Assembly: GCA_964016885.1 (NCBI GenBank) | Contig: OZ024742.1 | Location: 118,172,001-118,236,000, forward strand | DNA: 64,000 nt | From: Eledone cirrhosa | Taxonomy: Eukaryota | Direction: 5' to 3' | Shown here: in pieces, positions 1-13,151 of the stretch | How positions within the stretch are numbered: the first letter of the stretch is position 1 | Layout: every line of letters starts with the position of its first letter | Notes under the pieces: generated by a model | What the model was told of the DNA's origin: nothing | Seen by the model: only the letters and a program-made list of their open reading frames with translations | Database searches by the model: none | Translations under genes and position numbers: made by a program

Positions 1-10
1 ATATATATAT

Positions 11-176
11 ATTGATCAGCTCAAGGTTCGATGATATGTATCGATCTATATGTATATATATATATATATATGGATTGTAACGTCCACTTTTGATTCCAGA
101 GTCAGGCTACATCGATACAAATCATCGAACCTTGAACTGATCAATTGCGAAACGCGCGGCAATACTCAATAAACGT
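11..176. mobile_element. Short PLE pseudo-LTR-like fragment with inverted repeat
   Basis: 11-45 is the near-perfect reverse complement of 111-145; GAAACGCGCG follows; related sequence at ~21760-21900 and ~36410-36670; (TA)n adjacent. Confidence 0.45.
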
Positions 177-203
177 ACTGATGACATAAGAAATCGTCCT
201 CTT

Positions 204-392
204 GATTTGGCAGTATCGGTAGAGGGTCGGACGCCATGCTTTCCAGCACAGTTACGTCCCTTTATGGTCTGAGTTCAAATCCCGCCGAGGTTAACTTCTC
301 CTTTCATCCTTAAGGGATGGATAAAATCAAGTATCAGTAATGTACTGGAATAATTGCTGGCCTTGTGCCAAAAGTAGAAACAATTATTATTA
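204..392 (+). mobile_element. tRNA-derived SINE (Nin/Deu-domain-like core)
   Basis: A-box-like TGGCAGTATCGG, B-box GAGTTCAAATCC, core CCTTTCATCCTT..GATAAAA, ATT tail; many copies in window. Confidence 0.85.
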
Positions 393-574
393 GGCAGTAT
401 CGGTAGAGGGTCTGACGCCATGCTTTGCAGCAAAGAGTTACCTCCCTTTATGATCCGAGTTCAAATCCCGCCAAGGTTAACTTTGCCTTTCATCCTTACG
501 GGGTCGATAAAATAAAGTACCAGTAATACACTGGGATAATTGCTGGCCTTGTGCTAAAAGTAGAAACAATTATT
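393..574 (+). mobile_element. tRNA-derived SINE, tandem second copy
   Basis: Same consensus, directly after the ATT tail of the first copy. Confidence 0.85.
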
Positions 575-721
575 TAACATCCGTTTTTCCTGCTAACAAC
601 ATTTGGAGGGCTTTCGCAGACCATGTCAATACTCAAGCGGAGCTACCGACCTCTCTGACGGGCCGGAGCCCTACATTTCGCTTACTTGCGTGCTCTACTG
701 AGTGACAGCACTAGGCAGGTA

Positions 722-1072
<351 letters not shown>

Positions 1073-1400
1073 TGGGATAACAAGTTATCGTTATAGGTAA
1101 TCCAGTTAGAGGTTGTGAGTACTCTGTATTGTGGATAGTTTTAACGTACGGCTTTGTTTGACTCAACAAGATGTTTCCATAGTTAGGTCGCGAGTTCGCG
1201 AGAATTCCTATACAGGTTATACTTGGAGTAATAATAGTGATTAGCGGCCTTTAGACTCACATAATCAATGAAACAATTGTTAATACTTGAAATAAAACCC
1301 CTTGTTGTACTGCCGACCATGTTATTCTTCAATCTTCCACTATATATATATATATACAATGATATTAAATAAATGGAAACTATATTTATAAAACCATATT

Positions 1401-1462
1401 TATTCTATTATATATATTTCAAGGGTACCAAAACCTTTGGTACGCTATCATCAGATAAAATA
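1401..1462 (-). ncRNA. Minimal type I hammerhead ribozyme in PLE 3' pseudo-LTR
   Basis: Minus strand reads UAUUUUAU-CUGAUGA-stem II (GUACCAAA/UUUGGUAC)-GAAA-UAUAU-AUA-AUAGAAUA; 8-bp stem I; palindromic stem III. Confidence 0.75.
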
Positions 1463-2082
1463 CAAAATGTTTTATAAATATCTGACATGACCAAGGATAA
1501 TATACCTTAACGGTTCAAGTTATCCCTGGAAAGTGAAGGGAAGAGAGAAGAAAAGTCAGATATTTAAAATTATTAATATGAGTATGCAAATGATGTGTAT
1601 ATTAAAGGGCTGAAAAAACGTTATTTTAGACGCTATGGAAAATTTTAATATTTATTATAAGGAAGGAAAAGAATAACGTTAATTTGGGGGAAAAGATTTT
1701 TGTTACATATATTATGAGTTATAAAATTATATGAAGAATTATGGGTGTAAGTATTTACATTAGGATAGGTTATATGTATATAAATATCTCTATATATATT
1801 AATAAGTTGCGTATACATTGATTGTTTATATAAACAAATATGAGTTACGAAGGATGTTGAACATTTTATTTTCAAGTTGTGAGATTAGAATAATTTGTGG
1901 ATTCAAAAATTTCAACATTGAGAATGTTTTCAGAATATTGTTAATTTAACGAAGCTATATAAATTATCAAACTCAAATTGTTAAAGAAGAAGGAAAAGGA
2001 AGACCACTTGAACGTTAATTTAGAGAAAATATATTCAGACATTTGTCTATATTTATATGGAGAATTATTTATCTTATTATAA

Positions 2083-2160
2083 GTTATACGGGGTCGATAA
2101 AATAAAGTACCAGTAATGCACTGGTAATTGCTGGCCTTGTGCCTAAAGTAGAAACAATTA
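2083..2160 (+). mobile_element. 5'-truncated SINE inserted into the PLE 3' region
   Basis: 3' half of SINE consensus; duplicated AATTATTTATCTTATTATAA at 2063-2082 and 2156-2175 (TSD). Confidence 0.8.
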
Positions 2161-2898
2161 TTTATCTTATTATAATAATATATAAATATTTATATTTATA
2201 TTTTAATAATAGCATATGTGTTTTATTTATTAAAAGGATAGTTTGTTTATAATATGAGTTACGAGGGATGTTGGTTTATAAATAAATAAATAAAATAAAT
2301 AGGTGTTTGTTCCTAATATAAGTTACTAGGAATGTTGATTTTATGTAAATAAATAGGTAGTTACAATTTATAAGGTTAAATTAACGGAGTTATGTATAAA
2401 ACAGTTTTTATGATTGAAAGAAGGAAAGATAACTCCAATTTTTTTTATTAATCTCTAGTGTGGGATTAATTATTTATTCTAAAGAAATATGAATATTTAA
2501 ACAACATCCTGAATAGGATACATTTTACTAAAAACAGTTAATGGTTATTAATCTACATTTAAAAATTAGCTTTAGAGGGTGTCATTGGAAAAATAAAGCT
2601 TTAGAGGATGTCATTAGAAAAATAAAAAATTAAGAAAAAAGAATTAAAGAATTTAAAAGAATTAAAATTAAAATTAAAATTAAAATTAAAATTAGAATTA
2701 TATAGAAGTACATAATGTAGAAGTACATAAATATATATAAATATCTATACATACACACGTATATATATATATATATATATATTATAAGAAATTTTAAAGA
2801 TATGATTTAGAGATTTTAATATATTAAAAGCATTCAAAATATAAAATGTTAGAGTAGATAAGATCATTTTGGAGATTAATAGGAATATTATAAGTATA

Positions 2899-4860
2899 TT
2901 ATAAGTTACATATAGTTCTGAATGTAGAATTTTGGCGATGTCTGCAACAACTAAATATTTCTGTTCTAAGGTTAATAGAGTTCTTACAATTAATTATATA
3001 GAAAATTTCTTCAATACATAATTTACAGAATCTTGATAAGGCCGTGTTTCGGTAAGCAGGTGCTTGAAATCGTTTTCCAAGATAATGAATAGTCTATATT
3101 CCTGCTTTTTAAGTTCCATATAAGAGATGAGAGGGTAGTAGAATATTTTTTGTCAGATCTTCTAAAAGAACAATTGTGGTTATTCCAGCGAAGTTTAAAT
3201 TCTGTAGAAGTGGCACCGATATAGTTGAATATATTATCACTAGTTTTAACTGTACATTTATAAACTATGTTTTTATCTAAACACTTATTTTGTAAAGGGC
3301 AGTTTGATTTGATTCTACAGTTACATTTTACGGAGTTGTTGTTGCTCAGAACGGTACTATTATACTGGATATTGCTAGAAATATTATTATTACTATTATG
3401 GTTATTTTGGTTTAAATTTAAGTTTCTATTATTAATTCTATTTATATTTTGTGCTATGTTCATAGTAGTAGAGTAGGATAGTTTTATAGTGTGTCTGTTA
3501 AAGATTGAGTGGTATCTGTTGGTTTTAGGAAAACATTTGTCTAGTGCTTTAAAGAATAGCTTTGCTAAAGGTGTTTTCACGCTTAATGAGAATGGGAGTG
3601 AGTACCAAATACTATTTCTAGTTCTATTTCTTTTGTTTGTTTTAGAGTTTAAGTTAAATTGTTTATTCTTATTAATAGTAGGGTGATTTGCCTTATTATT
3701 GTTGTCAATGTATTTAATTTTATTCGTATACCCTGCTCTATTTAAAGCTTCATTATAATATTCAGCCTTATTCTCAAAAATATTTTTATTAACAGAGATG
3801 CGTGAAATTCGTTACTGGACGCTATTGACGATAGTGTTCTTAATAGATCTAGGATGCTTAGAGTTAAAACTTACGTAATTTAGATTCTCATTGATTTTAT
3901 GGAATGGATAGTAAAGCCCTGAGCTAAGGTTTAATGTTACGTCTAAAAAGTTAACGATTTTATAGTTATTCTTTATTTCTAACTTAAGGTTATAATTATT
4001 GAAGAATTGTATTATGGATTTTCTTTTCCTATTAATTTCACAATTACTATGGTTTTCAATTAAAAGTAGCATATCATCATGATATAAACCACCGGTCATC
4101 TCTGGCATTTTTCTATGCAGTGTATTATTAATAAATAAGTCCACAAGATCCGTTATTTGCGCCGAGTCGGATGATCCCATGGTGATATCAAAGTTATTTT
4201 TCCTATCGGCTCTAGTCCAGGGATGATTGTTGAATTCAATTAAAGTTTTCCGTGCAATTAAAATGATATGCATTTCTTCACTAGATAAATCTGTATGTTT
4301 AGATGCATAGATAAGAGCCCTATTAAGTAACCTAGGAGTAATAGAGGAGTAGTAATTTGCAATATCCATTTGAATGAATTTTTTGTTATGTTTAAATTGT
4401 ATGTTATTGAACCAATCTATAACCTCATTAGTACCATTCCATAGTTTTAGGTGTGATTTTTCTTTAAGTTGTGGTATGATTCTATCTAATATATGTTTAC
4501 TAATTATGCCTAAGTCTGATTTAGATGGTGCTATAAGTCTGACTGGTAGTTCTATTTCAAAGTTTTTTTTGTGGCCTTTCAGGTTAATTTTCGGTATTCT
4601 AGGTATAAAGGGTTCAGTCCTATTTTGGATGACTAATTTATGAATTATTTCGGAAGCTTCTCCATTTAACGTTGCAAGATCTTCATTAGTTGTTATTCTG
4701 TAATTTTTCTGAGTTCCTTCAATATAAGATTATCCTTTGCATTCCGTATAGATTGTTAGTTTTATCAGATTTAATTAGGATCTTCTCAGTTTTTTCAAGA
4801 TTGTCTATATTATTCTTAAGGCCTTTAAGGTATTCCTGTCGAGTGCTCTGAATCAATTGT
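2899..4860 (-). pseudogene. Disrupted PLE reverse transcriptase + GIY-YIG endonuclease
   Basis: KSDKTNNLY, MDIANYYSSI, FDITMGS, GGLYHDD, VNFLDVTLNL; CNCRIKSNCPLQNKC linker; NIVYKC..YIG; after a frameshift CKLCIEE..INLRTEIFSCCRHR; several stops and frameshifts. Confidence 0.85.
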
Positions 4861-4903
4861 AAACATCTATATTTGTTGGATTTCCTACAAATTAAATATC
4901 TCT

Positions 4904-5001
<98 letters not shown>

Positions 5002-5005
5002 AAGG

Positions 5006-5056
5006 AGCTTCTACAGGACTAGTACTGTTTCATTCAGATGAAATCTTCAGGAAGCT
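5006..5056 (-). ncRNA. Type I hammerhead ribozyme
   Basis: AGCUUC-CUGAAGA-UUUCAUCUGAAU-GAAA-CAG-loop-CU-GUA-GAAGCU; 6-bp stem I; truncated relative at ~21935-21980. Confidence 0.75.
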
Positions 5057-5318
5057 GGGTGTCATATTAAGTTCTGGTATTTATACATTTAGGTAGTGGT
5101 AAGGGAGGGGTGGTGGCTGGGGGGGGGGGGGAGGATGGTATTTAGATACACAGGACCACAACATGGCAGAGGCCGTTTTTTCTTTGGGGAGTGGTCAATT
5201 AGCCAGAGTGCTTTTTTGAAATAAATAAATAAGTAAATAAATAAATAAATGAATAAATAGATAAATGAATAAATAAATAAATAAAATAAATAAAAAAATA
5301 AATAAATAAAAACCCCAA

Positions 5319-5382
<64 letters not shown>

Positions 5383-5415
5383 CGTGAATTTTATATCCGG
5401 CGATATACGGTATGT

Positions 5416-5625
5416 TGGTGAGAGTTGGCAGAATTGGCAGACCATCGGATAAAATACCATTGAGATATTTGTTCTGGTTCTTTGCATTCTGTGTTCAAAT
5501 CCTACTAAGGTCAACTTTGCCTTTCATCCTTCCGGAGTCGATAAAATGAAGTACCAGTCAAGTACTGGGGTTAATTTAATCAAATTTGCCCTTTTACCAA
5601 ATGTTCTGGCCTTGTGTCTAGATTT
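5416..5625 (+). mobile_element. tRNA-derived SINE, diverged
   Basis: GTTCAAATCC B-box and CTTTGCCTTTCATCCTTCCGGAGTCGATAAAA core. Confidence 0.75.
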
Positions 5626-6217
5626 AACTGATCAATCAATATTTAAAATGTTATGAACATTGTCACTGTTCAGTTTATAGATTGAATTTCGAAAGTGCAT
5701 GTTAGATCAAACGTTTCTTTGCTTCAAAACTCCAGTTTATCCAGATTACTATTTTGACAATAACATAATGTAGAGGTAGGGCATTTTGTCCTGGGCAAAT
5801 GTGTGAATTTGCAGTCTCTGACAGTACATAACCTATAACGCAAGGGAGACGCACTGGAAAAGCCACTCCAACTCGCGGGGTTCATACCTGCGGCAGGCCA
5901 GCTCAGCGCCTATGGTAGTGAGTAGGGAGGTAACCCTAGGACCGAGGACACCAGAAGTCTCCACTGCCAGGGGTACAACCGCAATAACATAATTAATGTT
6001 TGTTTTTTTTCTTCGGAGAATTCAAGCTGATCACTAACAAAGTGACAAGGCATTTTTCTTTGAGTTAAGATAATTCCTGGAATTTGTAAATATGTAAATG
6101 CTTACTGTGAGCATATATGTAGGTGTTTGTGTCGATATATTTGCGCACATGTGATAGGTATATATGTCACTTTAGTGTACGTGTATGTATGATTATTCCT
6201 TATGTTTCTGTGTATAC

Positions 6218-6341
<124 letters not shown>

Positions 6342-6381
6342 GATATTAAATAAATAGAAACTATATTTATAAAACCATATT

Positions 6382-6447
6382 TATTTCATTATATATATTT
6401 CAGGGATATCATATTAAAAATATGGTATGCCTTCATCAGACAAAATA
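6382..6447 (-). ncRNA. Hammerhead ribozyme (mirror copy)
   Basis: Reverse complement of 6529-6594. Confidence 0.7.
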
Positions 6448-6528
6448 CAATATAAACAGTCTTATAAATAGATAGATTTGACATACCTTACAACTTCAAC
6501 TTCCATTTAAAAAGTTGATTTTATATTG

Positions 6529-6594
6529 TATTTTGTCTGATGAAGGCATACCATATTTTTAATATGATATCCCTGAAATATATATAATGAAATA
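6529..6594 (+). ncRNA. Hammerhead ribozyme
   Basis: TATTTTGT-CTGATGA-stem II (AGG..CATATT/AATATG..CCT)-GAAA-TATAT-ATA-ATGAAATA. Confidence 0.7.
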
Positions 6595-6720
6595 AATATG
6601 GTTTTATAAATATAGTTTCCATTTATTTAATATCGTAAATATACTCCAAATACTTGTTGAGTGCTTTTATATCAGTTATAAATATTTACTCGTTGTAACC
6701 CAACAATTTAAATAAAACTT

Positions 6721-6794
<74 letters not shown>

Positions 6795-7079
6795 CCCTAT
6801 AAGTGATTATGTTTATATGTTAATTCAAGGAAACTCAGATTGAGATGCTTTGCAATGCTTTACAAATCTTGATTGTAACAATATTTGATTGGATTTGGGA
6901 AATGCTAGTTAATTTAACTTGTTCTTCCTGTGAAGAACAAAGCATTTTCTTGTTTTTATATAAATACGTCGTTACTTAGCCCAGTGAACCTATAATAATA
7001 GACACAGATTATAATCTCTAGTCTTAATACTGGAGCTGTAATTTCTACTTTACTTCATCATAGATGATCTTTTTTTCAC

Positions 7080-8180
7080 AATTTTAGACGAGACATTCCC
7101 ATTCGTATTAGTGCATGACTTTTGATACCTACCCCATAGGTTTTTGAACTGGGTTGTTGCTTTTATTTGGATATTCGCCCAGCATTCCCTATTTTTAAAT
7201 GTGCAAATACATTCTGGTTCTAGTTCTGGTTCTGGTTAGATAGCATTGTAAATAATTTTACTCCAGAATGTATTATAAATAATAATAAAAACAATGTCAT
7301 GTTGCATGGCATAATTTTGAGCATGACGCAGATAATATAATTTTACACTAATATGGCACGGTCAACAATTTTTATCACAACGTGAAACTTTAAATGCATC
7401 GTTATCCCTTTTATTTATCAGGTATTTAATAGCTATCTTTTGTGTCTGAATAGGAAGGCGTACTCGGATATAATGTATCTAACACAGGTTCTGAGGAGGG
7501 GTACTTTTTTTCTGAATGTTGTTAATATGCACCAGCTTGCGAGATATATGTACCCATGCATAATTTTCTTCTGAATTGTTGTGCTTCTTCTGCAAGGTCA
7601 TATTTAAGTAGATTATTCCAGGTACTATTGGGTCAGATGGAACAGCTGCACACCCAGAATATCTATTCAAGAATTCTTTACCTGCTCTCAAGATGTTATT
7701 ATTTTCATTGTCGAGCTTTGCATACAGCAATAACATATGTTACATTCTCATCAATTCCGAGCGTGATACTTGTGGCATTCATCGTTGGAGATGGGGAAAG
7801 ATAGACAGTGCATTGACATCTATATTCCTCATCAGGTCAACAAGTTTTCTTCTTATTAAATATAAACACTTGTCCTAACTAAAATCCATTTCTATGCCCG
7901 TGAAAAAATTGTCACCGGCTCTACATGTGTATAGATGTCATGAATATTACACAAAAATGTGTGGATGACATTAGTTTTCCTAGCTACTGTAGTTTCTTAC
8001 ATGTAGGCATGGCATTTCTATAACAGAGATGCCAACAGATTCACTTTTACGACGGCATAGCCCACAAATTCTTTCGTGTTTTCCTATCTGTTCATCAGTT
8101 ACGATAGATTTTTTTTCGCAGTGATCTTTGAGAAACACACTCAAACATTTTAAGAACTCTATTGGACTGTAGTTTTTGTC
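7080..8180 (-). mobile_element. Highly decayed R4/Dong-like (RLE) LINE remnant
   Basis: Hand translation gives IQTQKIAIKYLINKRD..RCDKNC-PC..HDIV and MDF..DKCLYL-like motifs; may continue at ~10000-10870. Confidence 0.45.
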
Positions 8181-8235
8181 ACATACATCTCCTAGTTCTA
8201 ATATTGTCTGTACTCCTTCCAGTCATTGATGTTTG

Positions 8236-8430
8236 CAGACCTGTCAACTCTCCCGTCCGACGGGCAGATCTCCCACCAACTTTGGGGTGGGTGAGAGATG
8301 TCTTCTCTTGGGAAAATGGTTATAGCTTTTATTATGTGAAATCTCCCCATTTTGCCTCATTTCTCCCCGTTTTGGAGGCACTCTTTTTCATGGTACTCCC
8401 CGTTTAGATTTTTAGAGGTCGGTAGGTTTG
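8236..8430. mobile_element. MITE-like non-autonomous DNA transposon (hAT-like TIRs)
   Basis: CAGACCTGTCAACTC ... GAGGTCGGTAGGTTTG imperfect TIRs; TSD not clean. Confidence 0.4.
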
Positions 8431-8745
8431 CGTTTGTTCTAACAGATTGACGAAAGCTTTCCTACTCGAGGTGATAACCAAATATTACGTTTCTGCCAGG
8501 AAATTTGTTCATTCGGTAGATTCGTAAAAACTGTCATGATTATTTCCCTTGTGATGTCATATGCTTATGGAGAAACGTTTTCACAGTACGTACTCTGTAA
8601 CTCACTCAGTTGTGTTGCTTATTTACATTAAAGATTCCAGTTTCTGTCAAAAGAACTCGAGATCTGAGGAGCCGTTCAATGCTGCGATCTACAGTTTATA
8701 AGTTTAATGTAAATTTACTGTTGATAACGCCACATACTTGTAAGT

Positions 8746-8916
8746 AGATTGGTAGTATCGGTAGAAGGTCGGACACCAAGTTTTGGTATGGCCCTCTACG
8801 TTCTGAGTTCAAATCCCGCTGGGGTTAACTTTGCCTTTCATCCTTACGGGATCGATAAAATAAAGCACCAGTAATGCACTAGGATAATTGCTGGCCTTGT
8901 GCCAAAAGTAGAAACA

Positions 8917-8947
<31 letters not shown>

Positions 8948-9165
8948 GATTGGCAGAATCGGTAGAGCATCGGACCCCATGCATCCCGAATAGAGTTACG
9001 GCCCTTTATGTTCTGAGTTCAAATCCCGCCGAGGTTAACTTTGCCTTTCATTATTACGGGCTCAGTAAATAAAGTTCCAGTAATACACTAGGGTCAATTT
9101 AATCGACTTTTCCCTTCCCTTGAAATTGTCGGCCTTGTGCCTAAATCAGAAACCATTATTATTAT
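8746..9165 (+). mobile_element. Two tandem tRNA-derived SINEs
   Basis: Two consensus copies separated by an (ATT)n tail at ~8918-8945. Confidence 0.85.
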
Positions 9166-10945
9166 TTTCGGTAACAAAGCTTCCAATGCAATAAGACATT
9201 CAAAGTCTAATTAATATCTAGAGCGTTAATATGTGTTGGGTGATTTTAGCAACTTAATCGATAAACACATCAATAAAGTCAGTAGGTTTTCTGTCGATTC
9301 CTATTATACGTGGTGTATCATTTAGAGGTTTATTGATGTAAATTATGAATATCTTTGGTTTTACTGTGCGCTGTGTTTTCGGCTATATGTACTTTTCATT
9401 AATTTCTATTTGTTCGTAAGTGCCTACCACGTGTACGTGTAATGCCGACAATCCTAGCACTGTTATTGGTAGCGTTGTTGTTGTTTTTTTGTTTAGTTTT
9501 TTCATGTCATGGTTCATATTTTTAGCAATTTTCTTGAGGGAAGAATCTACTCAGCTGCTCAGATCCTGTTATTTGCTATACATTTTTTATGGTAGAGCAA
9601 CATATTCCTTTTCAACTAATGAATCTTGCTAGCGTAATTATTTTACACTGAAATGTAAGTAGTTGGGATGTTTGCATCCCAGTAGCTAACGCATATATGT
9701 ATGTGTGTATGTATGTATGTATGAATGCATGTGTGTATGTATGTATGTATGAATTCATGTATGCATGTATGCATGTATGCTTGTATGTATGCATGTATTC
9801 TTGTATGCATGCATGTATGTATCTTCGTTTGTATGTATGTATGTATTTATGTATGCATGTATTTATGTATGCATGTATTTATGTATTTATGTATGCGTGT
9901 TTGTTTGTATATATAAATGTATATATATTTATATGTATGAAGCAATGTATGTAGGTTTTTCTATTCCTAATTGAAGTTTTAGACTTTATTTTGACCGGCT
10001 TCCGGCTCGGTGGTAAGGTTTTAAAGAAAAACATTATTTCCTTGTTCTCTTCGTCATCCATTGCACACATTTTCCAGAAGATCTCAGATTTTTGTTGCCC
10101 CTGATAACATTTCGCCTGTAGCATATGAATTATGGAGCTATATCTTTCTCCAAAAATCCAATTTCAGCCATAGTTTCATACACGTGGGTTGGTAATTGCC
10201 CTGTTTCTCCAATAATAATCTCTATTTTAGTTAATAGATTTGTAGGATTGTCATTAATAGTCTCCTGTGTTTTATGTACTACGCTGATGTCAAGCGGGCA
10301 GCAGACTTCCAGGGAAAAGCATGTTTTTTATGGTCCTAATAATATCAGATGGGACATGTTTTAATTCATTTGCTGCTTTCTTTCAAGGTTTCCACCAATA
10401 TTCCTTTGATCAACCAGTCTCAATTTGTACACTTTTATTTGTTCCCACGTGTTTTCTGTTTTAGTTGTTCTGTTAAACACAACAAGCCTCTGGAAAGGTT
10501 GTATCGAAAGTGTATGTTCTAACAGTTGGCAATCATGTGGTAAATAACCTAAGGTTTTGCAAAGCCTACATTTGTGTTTTGTGTAGAAGCTGTTGGTGGT
10601 AATTTCTTGTAACAGTCCAGGTGAGTTAATATCATTTTTTCGGGACTATGTCAGGCTATTAGTGATGTATATTCCCTCTATGGTATGTGTTGTTTTTTTC
10701 TTTTCAAGTATTAATACAAAGCATTCTCAGTGAACTGTTCTACTTTATTTTATTTTGTTAAGTAGGTCTTTTAAATGTTTCTTTGAAAGAGATCCGTGTC
10801 AACTTATATTTCCTGTCTCTTCCCAAGTTTATTAGCTATCCTAAGAATGTTATTATTTTTGTTCTCGTAAACTTAAGCAAGTTGTATGTATGTATTATAT
10901 GTATGTATGTATGTATATATGTATGTATGAATGTATGTATGATCG

Positions 10946-11260
10946 CGCGGTTAAACCACTGGGAGTGAAGGACTCCTAGCCTTTGTCAGGGCATTCTTCT
11001 AGGAGAAGGCAACTCAGGAAACTGGGATAACTCCGACATAAAACCTGCGGCTCAGTAGTTACCGATGATGTTGACCTTTTCTTCTTTTCGGTTTATAGCT
11101 ACTGTCGTTCAGGGAGTGGGGTTGGCCCAGTGCACAGTCTTTCCTCACTTTATAAAAACATCTTCACAAACAGGCATAGCACGATAGAATGAATTCATAA
11201 TTATTAATAATGTTATATTGTGCAATGGCCATACTCGATAACGAGGGGTAAGACATCATG
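10946..11260 (+). mobile_element. RTE-derived non-autonomous element, 5'-truncated
   Basis: RTE 5'UTR-type motif CTAGGAGAAGGCAACTC joined to a short 3' end GGCCATACTCGATAACGAG and a (TATG)n tail; homologous to 53222-53747. Confidence 0.7.
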
Positions 11261-11380
11261 TATGTATGTGTGTGTGTATGTATGCATGTATGTGTCTATG
11301 TATGCATGTATGTATGCATGTATGCATGTATGTATATATGTATGCGTGTATGTATGTATGTATGTATGTATGTATGTATT

Positions 11381-11894
11381 TCTTGGTGAGGAGGGTGACT
11401 TTGGACATCCTGCAGGACTAAAGACAAAACCTGTCAAAGGGCAAAGGAGTTCTTAAGAGTCAATGGCCATCCAAAATCACCGGGAGAGATGACCCCTTAG
11501 CCTTTGTCAAGGCAGAATTCTAGGAGAAGGAAAACTCTGATATAACACCTGCAACCCTGATGGTAATCAATGATGTTGACTTGTTCTTCTTGTTGGTAAA
11601 TATCATCTTGGTTAAGAGAGTGGGACTGGCTTTGTGCAGTGCCTTTGCTCACTATAAAAGCTTCATGGCACAGGCATTGCTTTATATCTGGAGATCTCTC
11701 TGAACTTGTCATCACAGGGTACAATGGGCCCAGCACTATGTGTCAGTAATTGTCACAAGTGTAGTGTTTGTACCCGAGTTTTCAAGTCGCTGGCTGGACT
11801 AAAAAGTCACACTCGTTGAGCGCATCGGTGGGGGTTCTCCTACATGGATATAAAGTAGTGGCCGTACTCGAAAACTAGTTGGCAGCTACCACCA
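11381..11894 (+). mobile_element. Internally deleted RTE (5'UTR fused to last zinc finger and 3'UTR)
   Basis: CTAGGAGAAGGAAAACTCTGA motif; 11726-11894 matches reverse complement of 56826-56990; (TATG)n tail to ~11980. Confidence 0.75.
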
Positions 11895-12388
11895 TGTATG
11901 TATGTATGTATGTATGTATGTATGTATGTATGTATGTATGTATGTATGTATGTATGTATGTATGTATGTATGTATGTATGTACGCATGTTTGTATTTACG
12001 TACGTTGGCGGAAAGTATCGGATCGACTTCAACTGTAATTCAAAGGACCGGCCTTATCACACATTCTGGCATACTAAATATCCTCCTGAGTTACATTAAA
12101 GGTACGCGTAGTATAGGAATACTCAACCACTTACACGTTAATTAAAAGTAGTAAGCTGAACAACTAGAACACTCATTGCCAAAAGCAACGAAGTTTAATT
12201 TGTGTATGCATTCATATACGTATGCCTTTTATTGTTATTATTTAGGCTCATGTCAGCTATGGTCAAATACATTCTGGTTATCTAGTCCATCTTGTCCTTT
12301 TCCAGATATAGAAGTCTTTCTTTTAGATGGTAGGATGGGATTAAATGGAGAATTGGGTGTTATTTCTAGTAGATCAAGTGACCATTTC

Positions 12389-12456
<68 letters not shown>

Positions 12457-12533
12457 AATTAGTATATCTACCAACATATATATACAGATGCATACCTATG
12501 CCACCAAATATATAGGTTTTGTCTTAGTAACAG

Positions 12534-12616
12534 ACTTCCTGATGACGAAAGGCCTCCTCCATGTGTTCCATTCGGAAACCATGTTTATTCCCTTTCAGAA
12601 ACTAATTAGTTGGAGT
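12534..12616 (+). ncRNA. Type I hammerhead ribozyme with large stem II loop
   Basis: ACTTC-CTGATGA-C-GAAAGG...CCTTTC-A-GAAAC-TAATTA-GTT-GGAGT; within a ~200-bp (TA)n-flanked island. Confidence 0.65.
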
Positions 12617-12677
12617 GAAATTTTAGTAAGTTAATTTTTATAATTTTCTTATTTTACGTCTTTCATATATATATATA

Positions 12678-12768
12678 GGAAAATATTCAATACCCCACTC
12701 TACTACCCTAAGTATTGAGTTCTCTGGTGCGTTATGGTCCACCTGGTTCCTTACCACACTTCCTTCGT

Positions 12769-12770
<2 letters not shown>
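12678..12770 (+). mobile_element. 3' fragment of the 301-bp hammerhead element family
   Basis: Matches 14160-14242; (TA)n on both sides. Confidence 0.7.
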
Positions 12771-12799
<29 letters not shown>

Positions 12800-12951
12800 A
12801 TGAGGATTGAAAGCAAAATCTTTTGCTTTTAAGAAACCACTGGTAAATGGAATAATTGCCTTATGTTGTTTATTACATAATAATAATTAAGCTCTGTTAC
12901 CTACATAGAGCACTCTTTTTTCCTGGACTTTTCCGACGGAATTATTTCATT

Positions 12952-13045
<94 letters not shown>

Positions 13046-13085
13046 ATATATTAACAAATGGAAACTATATTCATAAAACCATATT

Positions 13086-13151
13086 TATTCCATTATACAT
13101 ATTTCAAGGGCCACCAAAGCAGATGATCGTGCGCTTTCATCAGCTAAAATA
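13086..13151 (-). ncRNA. Diverged hammerhead of the Hydra-like pseudo-LTR family
   Basis: CUGAUGA..GAAA-UAUGU-AUA-AUGGAAUA within 13045-13200, homologous to 1357-1500. Confidence 0.55.

Larger units (their letters stand above)
1357..4890 (-). mobile_element. Penelope-like retroelement, Hydra-clade-like, decayed
   Basis: RT followed by C-terminal GIY-YIG, long AT-rich 3' region, hammerhead-bearing 3' end at ~1357-1530; flanked by (TA)n and (CA)n(TA)n. Confidence 0.85.

Noticed and set aside
204-290. tRNA genes at SINE heads
   Set aside because: A/B boxes are present but there is no cloverleaf, and they are always followed by the SINE core and tail
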